This document shows positions 1 to 11,783 of a stretch of DNA of 64,000 nucleotides, one piece after another. The translations under genes and the position numbers were made by a program. This DNA comes from Aplysia californica (lineage: Eukaryota), in contig NW_004797348.1 in NCBI RefSeq assembly GCF_000002075.1, forward strand, positions 1,528,713 through 1,592,712, given 5' to 3'. The notes below the pieces were generated by a model that made no database searches, was not told the DNA's origin, and was given only the letters and a program-made list of their open reading frames with translations. Within the stretch, counting starts at the first letter, position 1. Every line of letters starts with the position of its first letter.

Positions 1-66
1 ACACACACACACACACACACCCACACCCACACACACACACACACACACCCACACACACACACACAC
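1..66 (+). repeat. (CA)n microsatellite
   Basis: Direct read; other (GA/CT)n tracts at 1470-1496, 4024-4083, 16958-17012 and 40084-40130, some bordering N-gaps. Confidence 0.95.
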
Positions 67-722
67 GAGCGCGCGTAGACACTCTCTTTCTCAAAGAAAC
101 AGACAGGCAGACTCACAGGCGCAAAACACGCATGGCCACATGCACACAGAGACAAGATTACATGTGTATACAAGAAAAACAAGTTGAGTCGTCCTTTCAC
201 AATTATTCTGAAACACAGGTAGTTCCTGCTCCACTGCCGTGCAGTCCATCTCCCAGACCACATCCCATACTTTACTATCCATCAGGCTTTTGAAACTGTT
301 CTGCCGCAAACTTCCCTATACCCCCCACCCCCAACACACACACAACAGCACTTCAGTACCCGATGTTTGTACGTGTAACCTGTAACATTTCCAGTAAAAG
401 TCTACTTGAACCCTCCATTCAGAACTTACTTGGCGTACTGTTACTGTGCACTTTCAAGGTATCCACTGTCTGTGGGGTAACAAGTAGGTCGCCGTGACAT
501 TTCAGAATGGGGAGCGGAAGTAGACTTTCACCACATTTCAGTTATACCCATAATTGTCGCGCGTTACTTCGTTACTCTACCCACCCCTAGTGGTTGCTGT
601 GTACATGTTTCAAGTGAATGTCACTGCCAGAAGCCGAAAGATAATAAATATTCCATAGACGATAAAGTTCTCCCTTTCTTATCCCCTGCGCCATTTACAG
701 AAAAAAGGTTTAACTCTTATAT

Positions 723-985
723 GGTCGCTTTTAAGCACAAGGGGGCTGTCCCGAAAAATGCTGTTTTGAGAAAATCAAAAGTAAAGTTTTAGCCCATTGT
801 TCAGTTTCTTTAAAGGACAATGAGAGTTTTCTCTATAACCAAACAAATATGCACACCAGTGAAACCAAACGTCTCCTATAGGTAGGACGTCTCCTATAGG
901 TAGGGCAATGCTTACTTTTGGTGTAGGTCAAGATTTCTGGAAACCCCCGAAATCTGGGTTAGCCCACGTGTCCTTAAAAGCGACC
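723..985. mobile_element. MITE with ~25-bp TIR GGTCGCTTTTAAG..., flanked by ATAT (Sola-like)
   Basis: atatGGTCGCTTTTAAG (719) / CTTAAAAGCGACCatat (989); a second, inverted and degraded copy at 19881-20050. Confidence 0.7.
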
Positions 986-2269
986 ATATGAAGTACACGG
1001 GCTGGAATACAAATATTGAAATGAGTCTTCTCGATTAAGAATCAATGCCGTCGTTAGCACAGTAAACTGGGTAAATGATGAAAGCGAAAGTCTTTGTTGG
1101 GCAATGCTTAGAGAGTGCCTAAAATCAGTTTGCAACTTCCTAAAACGAAGAACAATACGTTTAAGAAGACGTTATTCAACGTATGCTTCACGGTGAATTT
1201 GCCATTAAAACAAACACAACGTTTTAGGAAATATACTTTAAAATGAAAAACACGAACCCATAAAAATTGAACTGAAAAAGCAAAAAGAAGCAGTTGCTGT
1301 ATTGAATGAAAAGATCATGGGACTGTCCAGCCTGAGTTAAGGGAGTGAAAAAATTAGCTTCTCCATTCAAAGGACTGAATTGTCGAGGAGTGCATGTGAT
1401 GCAATTGACTGTCCTTTTGTTGAGCATTGGCATTAGTCTACCTTTTTCTTTATTTTTGTATGTATGCATGAGAGAGAGAGAGAGAGAGAGAGAGAGNNNN
1501 NNNNNNNNNNNNNNNNNNNNNNNNNNNNNNNNNNNNNNNNNNNNNNNNNNNNNNNNNNNNNNNNNNNNNNNNNNNNNNNNNNNNNNNNNNNNNNNNNNNN
1601 NNNNNNNNNNNNNNNNNNNNNNNNNNNNNNNNNNNNNNNNNNNNNNNNNNNNNNNNNNNNNNNNNNNNNNNNNNNNNNNNNNNNNNNNNNNNNNNNNNNN
1701 NNNNNNNNNNNNNNNNNNNNNNNNNNNNNNNNNNNNNNNNNNNNNNNNNNNNNNNNNNNNNNNNNNNNNNNNNNNNNNNNNNNNNNNNNNNNNNNNNNNN
1801 NNNNNNNNNNNNNNNNNNNNNNNNNNNNNNNNNNNNNNNNNNNNNNNNNNNNNNNNNNNNNNNNNNNNNNNNNNNNNNNNNNNNNNNNNNNNNNNNNNNN
1901 NNNNNNNNNNNNNNNNNNNNNNNNNNNNNNNNNNNNNNNNNNNNNNNNNNNNNNNNNNNNNNNNNNNNNNNNNNNNNNNNNNNNNNNNNNNNNNNNNNNN
2001 NNNNNNNNNNNNNNNNNNNNNNNNNNNNNNNNNNNNNNNNNNNNNNNNNNNNNNNNNNNNNNNNNNNNNNNNNNNNNNNNNNNNNNNNNNNNNNNNNNNN
2101 NNNNNNNNNNNNNAGGGTTACGAGAAAACACAATAATTCCTGATCAGTGACACAGTGTATTTATATTAAAATGCTATCACCAGAACCCGCAGAAAGCTCA
2201 AAAGCTGCAGATAGAGCCCAGCGGTTTGGATCATCAGGCTTACACAAGCAGTTCTACTCTATTAGTGCC

Positions 2270-2863
2270 TGTTAAAGGAATCAATGACCCTTGATGAAGA
2301 GTATTCACCATAGCATAGATCTAGCAATAAAGGACTCAGTCCGTCTGATTGAATCACTTAAAATAAAATGAACAAAGAAGGAGTATTTCACGTCACAAAT
2401 AATTTTGCCTAGCGAATAGCACATTGTATGATTGAGCCAATCCTATTATACGGGTGCGAAGCATGGACAATCAATAAACAGCTGGAAGAACAATTGTGGC
2501 GACAGAGTTGTGGTTCATAAGAAGCACGCTACGTATCCCATGGACAGCTGGAAAAACAAATGAAGAAGTCTTGGTTGAAGCAAATTGTAGAAAACAGCTT
2601 ATGACGAACATAAGAAAGCGACAGGCAAATTCTTCGGACACACAATGCGGAAAGGAAAGAAGCATTGGAGAATATTGTAACAACAGGCAAGTTCGATGGA
2701 AAGAGAGGCAGAGGCAGACAGGGGGAAAAGATACTAGACAAGATGACACCATGGCTAGGAGCAGCAAGAACAACAGACACCATTGCTGCAACGCAAGACA
2801 GAGTGAAGTGGAGGTCCATGATCGCCCACGCCAGTAAGCAAGGCACCGGATGATGATGATGAG
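2270..2863 (+). mobile_element. 5'-truncated RTE-clade LINE, 3' end of ORF2 (frameshifted)
   Basis: IEPILLYGCEAWT..ATELWF.R.LRIPWT..KTNEEVL..IRKRQ..ENIVTTGKFDGKRGRGRQ..DRVKWRSM, followed by a (TGA)n tail. Confidence 0.85.
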
Positions 2864-3099
2864 CGAATAGCCCCAAGCATAAGACTCCGAACGCCTTGGC
2901 CAGCAGTTTAGATCCACTGAAGGTCTTAGATCCACTGAAAGTCTTAGATGTTGACATCTTGCTATTTATTTCCAGGCTGTAAGTTTCTTGACCAGCATTC
3001 GACCTACACTTTTCACCTTGTCATCTTTGCGCCGTGACTCCCTGAAACTGGCGAAAAAGTCATCTAATTTGTTGCTCTGACTCCAAGGACCCGGCCCAG

Positions 3100-3290
3100 T
3101 GGCGTCTGTATCCTAGTTAGTGGTTGGGCAACCGGACTCGGATTGCGGGTTCGCTAAGTTCGAGTCTCAGCTTGGTAAAGGCACTTCACACGAATTTCCC
3201 ATTTGGCTCCGTCCTTTCGGAGATGGAAGTTAAAACTCGGGGGCCCCCGCCTCTTAAATTACTTAATAGTGTTGACAGAAACGTTAAACC
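3100..3290 (+). mobile_element. tRNA-derived SINE (degenerate)
   Basis: A-box-like tagttagtggtt, B-box gttcgagtc, then ttggtaaaggcactt. Confidence 0.45.
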
Positions 3291-3429
3291 TGTACTACTT
3301 CACCATTTGTTTTCCATGAACCAACATACAGTGCAGAACTTTTCAGAAGCTGAAAGAAGGAACATAAACACACCCAACAGCAACCAATTGAACAAACACA
3401 TAAAAACCGACACAGATGATACTATGACG

Positions 3430-3770
3430 TCGGTGGTCTTGCGGCTAGGCTCTCGAATTAAAAATAGTAAAGTCTGGGATTCGAATTCCTTCCTGGGTTC
3501 GACGCTGTGTCCTTGGGAAAGGCACTTTACAGTACATGAATTTTCGTCTTTTCACCTAGGTGGGAATAGGCACCCTGTTATAGACATCGAATGTTCTTGT
3601 TAGTTAGTCTTATAGTTAGCACGTGTAATCCGCCGCTTGGTCGTATGCTTCCCGGGAAGCCGAGAATGTTTCTGAGAGTTCTATAATATTGTGTCTGTTA
3701 GGGTAATGATAGTTGTAACTGACATAGAGCATGCTGTTGAGAATAGAGTATGCACTATATGTGTAGATGG
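3430..3770 (+). mobile_element. tRNA-derived CORE-like SINE
   Basis: B-box-like gattcgaattcc, tgtgtccttgggaaaggcacttt...cacctaggtg; same family as 23100-23401 and 51040-51220. Confidence 0.65.
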
Positions 3771-4020
3771 AATNNNNNNNNNNNNNNNNNNNNNNNNNNN
3801 NNNNNNNNNNNNNNNNNNNNNNNNNNNNNNNNNNNNNNNNNNNNNNNNNNNNNNNNNNNNNNNNNNNNNNNNNNNNNNNNNNNNNNNNNNNNNNNNNNNN
3901 NNNNNNNNNNNNNNNNNNNNNNNNNNNNNNNNNNNNNNNNNNNNNNNNNNNNGCTGGTAGGTTCTCAGTCTCGTGATTTATTTTTTACTAAGGAGTGACG
4001 TCCGACTAGACACAACACAG

Positions 4021-4084
<64 letters not shown>

Positions 4085-6782
4085 NNNNNNNNNNNNNNNN
4101 NNNNNNNNNNNNNNNNNNNNNNNNNNNNNNNNNNNNNNNNNNNNNNNNNNNNNNNNNNNNNNNNNNNNNNNNNNNNNNNNNNNNNNNNNNNNNNNNNNNN
4201 NNNNNNNNNNNNNNNNNNNNNNNNNNNNNNNNNNNNNNNNNNNNNNNNNNNNNNNNNNNNNNNNNNNNNNNNNNNNNNNNNNNNNNNNNNNNNNNNNNNN
4301 NNNNNNNNNNNNNNNNNNNNNNNNNNNNNNNNNNNNNNNNNNNNNNNNNNNNNNNNNNNNNNNNNNNNNNNNNNNNNNNNNNNNNNNNNNNNNNNNNNNN
4401 NNNNNNNNNNNNNNNNNNNNNNNNNNNNNNNNNNNNNNNNNNNNNNNNNNNNNNNNNNNNNNNNNNNNNNNNNNNNNNNNNNNNNNNNNNNNNNNNNNNN
4501 NNNNNNNNNNNNNNNNNNNNNNNNNNNNNNNNNNNNNNNNNNNNNNNNNNNNNNNNNNNNNNNNNNNNNNNNNNNNNNNNNNNNNNNNNNNNNNNNNNNN
4601 NNNNNNNNNNNNNNNNNNNNNNNNNNNNNNNNNNNNNNNNNNNNNNNNNNNNNNNNNNNNNNNNNNNNNNNNNNNNNNNNNNNNNNNNNNNNNNNNNNNN
4701 NNNNNNNNNNNNNNNNNNNNNNNNNNNNNNNNNNNNNNNNNNNNNNNNNNNNNNNNNNNNNNNNNNNNNNNNNNNNNNNNNNNNNNNNNNNNNNNNNNNN
4801 NNNNNNNNNNNNNNNNNNNNNNNNNNNNNNNNNNNNNNNNNNNNNNNNNNNNNNNNNNNNNNNNNNNNNNNNNNNNNNNNNNNNNNNNNNNNNNNNNNNN
4901 NNNNNNNNNNCCCCGTTCTACTTGAATCCCGAATATATCCACGTGTTGCAAAGTTCGCCACCAATGTGCTACAGTAGCTGATTCTGTAGCCCTGTACGTC
5001 AAACTCTTAACAAAGTCACCAAGTGTAAGGCTTCCTACTCACCAAGAGTGAGACAGTGAAGTAAGCATACAATATCCCGGACATCAAAGAAGTTGAACAA
5101 ATATGATAGGCCTACATGTATTACTGTAAAATTTACGGCCAACTTCGGTAGTTGTAGTGTGGCCGCAAGCCAGACGTCCTCCAGATTTGGCAAAATGTGC
5201 ATATTCCTATTAGTGTAGCATTTTAGGCACCTTTGTTTCTGTGTTTGCCAGTTTGGTGCAGCCCTGTTGACATTTAACTTCTTAATTAAGATAAACGAAA
5301 TCAAGTTGGGTTTGGTTGTTGTTTTTTTTCTGTCGAAGCCGAGTCCGATTCAGGAAAAGCAACTTTCAAGGCAAGTTACGTCAAGAAAGTTCATTTTGGT
5401 AGTTGGAGTATCTCGAATATAGTTTTTAACAATCACAAGAACCAATTTTCTTTTCAAGAGAGGACTGTAAAATATGTCACCGTGATCCACTGGCATTAAA
5501 GGAATAACTATTGGGGGGGGGGGGGTAGGAGGTATATGTATATCAATTATATTGCGCACACGGTCTAAGTTTTTGTAGCACAGATGTGTTTTTGATGATA
5601 AATGTACGCTTGCCATCCTGCTATCCTGCTCTGATCCGAGTACACAGATCCGACGAGATTAATTTATGTCTGCCTATCTAAAGGGGAGAGCTGAAATATT
5701 AATAACTTTTCTGACTCCATAATCTTAATTTCAAATTGAGTTGGCAATGTTCGTCCATTCCCGACCAATCGACCCCGCGACAGGTTAGTTCCCAGACCGA
5801 TATCCCGGTTTTGCAGCGATCATTCTGTTTTCCAGTTAAGCTACTAGTTTCTAGACGCGTTATTGTATACACACATTTAATTGATTCTATTCCCAACTGA
5901 GCGATTATACCGGAAAGATTGTGTTGTTAATCAAAAGATTGTCCGTTTATAAACTCGCAGTATCAGTCAGCTGATCCCTGATTGACTTAACCATGAAGCA
6001 ACACGAGACAGAAGAAAACACACATTGTAGTTACGGTATAAGAAGAAAACTATGCATGCAAAAGGTTGGTTCCCAACAGCCCTACCTGTGCCTGTAGCGA
6101 GTCATATCACTGGTATCAACGGGACGGCGGCATAATGTGACTTCTGGGCCACGCTGATTACTTATCGAAAATTACAAGACGCAAAGGACCCAGCCCCTTC
6201 TCCCCCCCCCTNNNNNNNNNNNNNNNNNNNNNNNNNNNNNNNNNNNNNNNNNNNNNNNNNNNNNNNNNNNNNNNNNNNNNNNNNNNNNNNNNNNNNNNNN
6301 NNNNNNNNNNNNNNNNNNNNNNNNNNNNNNNNNNNNNNNNNNNNNNNNNNNNNNNNNNNNNNNNNNNNNNNNNNNNNNNNNNNNNNNNNNNNNNNNNNNN
6401 NNNNNNNNNNNNNNNNNNNNNNNNNNNNNNNNNNNNNNNNNNNNNNNNNNNNNNNNNNNNNNNNNNNNNNNNNNNNNNNNNNNNNNNNNNNNNNNNNNNN
6501 NNNNNNNNNNNNNNNNNNNNNNNNNNNNNNNNNNNNNNNNNNNNNNNNNNNNNNNNNNNNNNNNNNNNNNNNNNNNNNNNNNNNNNNNNNNNNNNNNNNN
6601 NNNNNNNNNNNNNNNNNNNNNNNNNNNNNNNNNNNNNNNNNNNNNNNNNNNNNNNNNNNNNNNNNNNNNNNNNNNNNNNNNNNNNNNNNNNNNNNNNNNN
6701 NNNNNNNNNNNNNNNNNNNNNNNNNNNNNNNNNNNNNNNNNNNNNNNNNNACATGTAATTCATTTACCCCCCACCCCCCCCA

Positions 6783-6816
<34 letters not shown>

Positions 6817-9158
6817 TCTCTGTCTCTCTCTCTCTCTGTCTCTGTCTCTCTCTCTCTCCTTCCTGATAACGGGAGGTCCTTTAAGCTCAAGGAGACACGA
6901 AGAGCCGTGGCCTCCCTGATCTATTGACACAATGATCGGCCATATAGTAGTCCGCTATCACTGTCCTTTGGTATCTCAGTTTCACTTGAGGAGCTCAGCC
7001 TGATGTGGGGTGCCCTCTTTTGCTCCTTAGGGTGATTTATTTATCAATGCCCCGCTAATAAAACTGGCGAACGTATCAGCTTCGATGATACTTTCCTTCA
7101 CCTTGCAAATAAACGGAACTAGTTTGTATCAGTTGAGGTCTTGAGTAAACAGTTTGGTCTACAATGTACACCATATTACGTGTTTTATCATGTTTCCATT
7201 ACACTACTTAGATGTGCTTTTTGACAGACTTTCTTACACCGCCGTACTCTGTCGTTCTCTCACTCACACTACCTTTTTCTTTTCAACCTTACTTTTCTTC
7301 TTTTCTTCTCGTGTTCTAGTTCTTGTTCTTGTTCTTCTTTGCACTCCCCATTTTGCTTGGTAAAAAAAGTGTTTACTCTGAAGAACATGATCTCCCTGTT
7401 ATAGTTATACACCGACTTAACCCCTCTATCCTCCCCAGCCCAGCACTGCTGGGTACAAACAGTCAGTCTATACCACTGGGATTACCTATCTCTCCAGGAT
7501 TTACGATACTGCGCACACGTTTCCAATTTGTTACAACGGGTAATCCGCCGTATTCTGTCAAAGATAATAAAATATCATATTATTTCGATATCAAACAAGA
7601 AGCAGCCCTTGAACGTAAGTGATCTGATCTTGATCAATGTATCGGGGCAGAAAATTCAAATTCTTGTCATAATTGTTCCAAAAATTAAAGATTAGAGAAA
7701 AAGCCGCTAACAGTAAAAAATAAAACCTTCCTTATTTGGAGGGGGGGGGGGGGAGTTCCTAAAATTGTGTTTCGACCCCCCCCCCCCCCCCCCCCCCCCC
7801 GACCCGTCAACAGTAAGAGCAGCACTAAATGCAGCAATGGCAGCAGCAGAGCCCAAAAGAGCGACTAGTTTAGTTTTAGTAAACGTTTCGAGGCACCTGC
7901 AATGCAATTAGGTCATATAAGTGCCAAAGATTAAAAGTGTTACGAGAGAGTAACAACATGTGAACAAAAGAAGGAGGGGAAATCAAGACGATAGATGTTA
8001 CAAAGGAAAGAACACTCGCCTATCACCCACACATAGACGACATACACAGTAACAACATTTATATTCAAAGGAGATTTTATGTTAATTATCGTCTGTGGTA
8101 GGCATTGCTGATTGTTTGGGATCAAATAATAAACAACCAAACCAGGGCACATGAATTTTCAAAAAAAAAAAAAAAATTTTGACAAAAATCTGCAGACAAA
8201 GGAGTTGTCGAGAAATAGGTCGATCCCAGGAACCCGTAGCATGAAAGATTAGATTACTGGTACAATGTACATGTACTTATTTCTTTTAGTGTTGAGCAAC
8301 TCGGTAGTTCAGCCAAAGACTCAAGCAACAACTGAGAGAAGCACTGAAGTAAGTGTATCAACATGTATATCTACTTGACAATGTGATATAGACAGTCTAT
8401 AGGCGTGCACCCCCCCCTGAAGCAGGTAAAGATTGAGTCCATAATAGCTTCCAATGTACTATTTCTGTCGAAGTGCAGGCAAAGTTGCAGCCTATATCAG
8501 TCAACGATGGATGAGTTGATGTCGTCAGGGGAGTGAAAAATAGATCAACCCTTCCGGAGTTCAACTTAACCGTTGGGAACTGTGCGAAGCCGACTGTGGT
8601 TATCAGGGCTATGTATCACTCTTTTTAAATCTTTAAACTATTTTAAGGGGGGTGGGGTGGTTAATGCAAAACACTTTCCCCAAGGATCAAAATACTTTCT
8701 TCAGGGATGTAATGTAATGTCATACAGGATCAAACAAACTGACCGAACCACTACCTTTCGAAAGCAAATCGAACATGATACCGTTAGAGTTGGACACACT
8801 GACCCCTCCTAACTTAGAAAGAGCCGTCGAGGTCTGTGCAGCAATACAAAACCGGTACCATAACAATGTGAACCCGGCATTACCCTTACTTGCCAAGCGA
8901 AAAGCAAAGCCATCCCAGAGTAGAGCTAATGGTATGTATTGATTTCCTTTGTCTACCTCCAGTGCTAGGCTATTTTCTGCTATTGGTCAGCTGAACGCAA
9001 ACTTACACAAATCCACTGCTCTTACGATTTTAACCCCATTTGTTTGAATCGGAATAGGGAGAAAAATCTTGATTTTTACAGGAGAAAATGGGAAAATAGG
9101 AGAATTGTCAGCGATCGTACTCTGAGCGAGGAAAAAAAAAACGGCTGGCGTTACTTAA

Positions 9159-9505
9159 AGGGCCCGTGTCCACTGCGACGGACACCAACCAACCCAATTC
9201 CATCCGTCTTAGTCGGTAGTTGAAATGAAGCATTATTTATTTTCTAAGAAATCAGTGAAAAGTCCATTTGGCTGTGTCAACAGACACGACACGGCACGCC
9301 CCGACAAAAGACGTGTCGGTTATTTATAGCCCCGTACCGAGGACACAGCCTTGGGACACAGTGTGTGGAATAAGACGGCCAGTAGACCAACAGACTAGAT
9401 GTGTCTTGTCCGAACTGGTGGACCCACAAGACGGAAACGACCCTACCGGTTTTCTTCCTCCCGGTTAAAAATCGGGCCGTGTCCGTCTCAGTGGACACGT
9501 AGGAT
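9159..9505. mobile_element. MITE, probably PIF/Harbinger-like
   Basis: Inverted repeat cgtgtccactgcgacggacac (9165-9185) vs 9479-9499, 20/21 identical; outer ends degraded. Confidence 0.55.
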
Positions 9506-10307
9506 AACGCTTACCCAACGATCCCGTACAATCTTTGACGGACCTCTGTACGAAAAGATCGACTTCTACCTTTTTTTTTCCAACGTGAAGAATAAAGGCT
9601 GGTTGCCTTGAAAGACAACTAAAGCACATGTACCAAGGCACCTAACGCTAATTATACTGACTTCTCAGGCTTTGAATATTCAAGCAGTTATTGTTAATAT
9701 GTAAAATTGTCTCATGTAAAAGTGCAGGTATTCTGGCCTTATATAGCTACAGTACGAGTATGCTACGATCATAATTATGCGTCGTTTACACCAGTGCTAC
9801 GTATAGATCTAAATAATATATATACGGAGCAACATTGTTTGACAAAGTTGAAGTATCCTTTGACCGGGGTTCAAATCTGTATTATCCCCGTTGTAGTTTG
9901 TAGCCAAGCATGATATCAACTGAACCAGCCGCGCGCCCCAACATAGATTTAAAGTATCCCAGTTTTGTTCAATATATGTACATTTTTGTAACAACATACT
10001 TGAAAGTACTACATGTAGTCTATACCATTTTTTTGCTGAGAAATTTGTACAGCGAACTGAAATCACGAGTCAATATTTTGTTAGGAAAATTTGTGTGGGT
10101 GGTTGGTGAGTGCTCTGGTGTGGTTTACTCCTTCTTTCCTATTAAAACGTCTTTCGTCCTTATCTCTCCCCCTTCTATTTTGTGTATGTTACTATCTTGT
10201 AACGCATCTATTCTTTGGCACTTATATACGACCTTACTGTGTGGCAAGTGCCGTAAAACTCTTACGGAAACTAAAGTTGGGAAATCTGTTTCAAAGCTAA
10301 AAGCTAA

Positions 10308-10339
<32 letters not shown>

Positions 10340-11696
10340 NNNNNNNNNNNNNNNNNNNNNNNNNNNNNNNNNNNNNNNNNNNNNNNNNNNNNNNNNNNNN
10401 NNNNNNNNNNNNNNNNNNNNNNNNNNNNNNNNNNNNNNNNNNNNNNNNNNNNNNNNNNNNNNNNNNNNNNNNNNNNNNNNNNNNNNNNNNNNNNNNNNNN
10501 NNNNNNNNNNNNNNNNNNNNNNNNNNNNNNNNNNNNNNNNNNNNNNNNNNNNNNNNNNNNNNNTCTCTCTTTCTCTATCTCTGCTTGTGTCTTACATAAA
10601 CGACTAACTACCAAATACCAGCGACTTGCCTAGGATACAAAAATGGGATTTTTGAGCAACAACAGTGGCAGCACAAGATAACAACGACAACGACACCAAT
10701 AACGACAAATCGGCAAAGCGACACAGCACCTGTCAGAGCAGCCACTGGTCTAGAGTGACTGCTTCTTTTGTTGTTGTTGTTGTTGTTACTGTGCAGCTGT
10801 CTGTTTCTTTTGTTGTTTTTTGTTGTTTTGTTAGTTTGTCTGTTTGTTTTCCGTTTGTTTGTATGTTTGTTCTTTTATATGTTTGTTTGTTGTTGTTGTT
10901 TTTTGGTTTATTTTGGAGGAGGGATATTTCCGTTCTTCTTGGGGTCTAGACTTGAAAGAAAGTAGAGTATTAAAAATCTTCGGATTTTAAATACCTGGAG
11001 GCCGAGGATCTGGGCTCAGTGATAATCCCAACTGTTGAGGAAATATTCACGTGCTTTCACACTTTCAGCTTGAATTTTGGTCACTTTTGTTAAGAACAAA
11101 TTATTTCAACAGCTACAAAAAGCCAGTTTGCTTGTGTCCTTTTTTCCAAAAACTATCATTTGTAAGAAACTGGCTCCACCGGTCGGAGACAGTATTATTG
11201 ACCCCAGAAAAGATCACCGTCTCCTATTTGAAGTTCTGTCGTTCTTTGGCAGAAAGGCAAGTCGTCGGGATAATCAATCAAGTTCAATTCACCATGTACC
11301 CATTGAACACATACACACGCAGTCGCGCACGCACAAAGAATGGTAGATGATCTATCTTCAAATATCACTTGGGTCTCGATTGCGCTATAGAATATTGACT
11401 GGCTGGTATTACCAACGACAGCGGGTTCAGGGGTTTATTAACCACCGCCCGGCTTAGCTCTAGGCCCATGCTGGAAGGGGTGGCGGCTTTGGACAAAAAG
11501 GCTGCGCCAAAGCCAATCAGTGTTTAGGTTACTCGCAACCAACTGCAATACTTATCTTAATGTGTTGGTCCAAATAGCACACACAATAAGTATAATAATA
11601 TGTCAAGAGGGAAGTGAATTGGTTTTGCAAATAGGATTCCAGACTCACTCACTTAATGCAGGGCATAATCACACGGTACAGTACGGTACAGTACAA

Positions 11697-11783
11697 TATG
11701 GTATGGTATGGTATGGTATGGTATGGTATGGTATGGTATGGTATGGTATGGTATGGTATGGTATGGTATGGTATGGTATGGTA
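11697..11783 (+). repeat. (TATGG)n pentanucleotide microsatellite, ~17 units
   Basis: Direct read. Confidence 0.95.
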
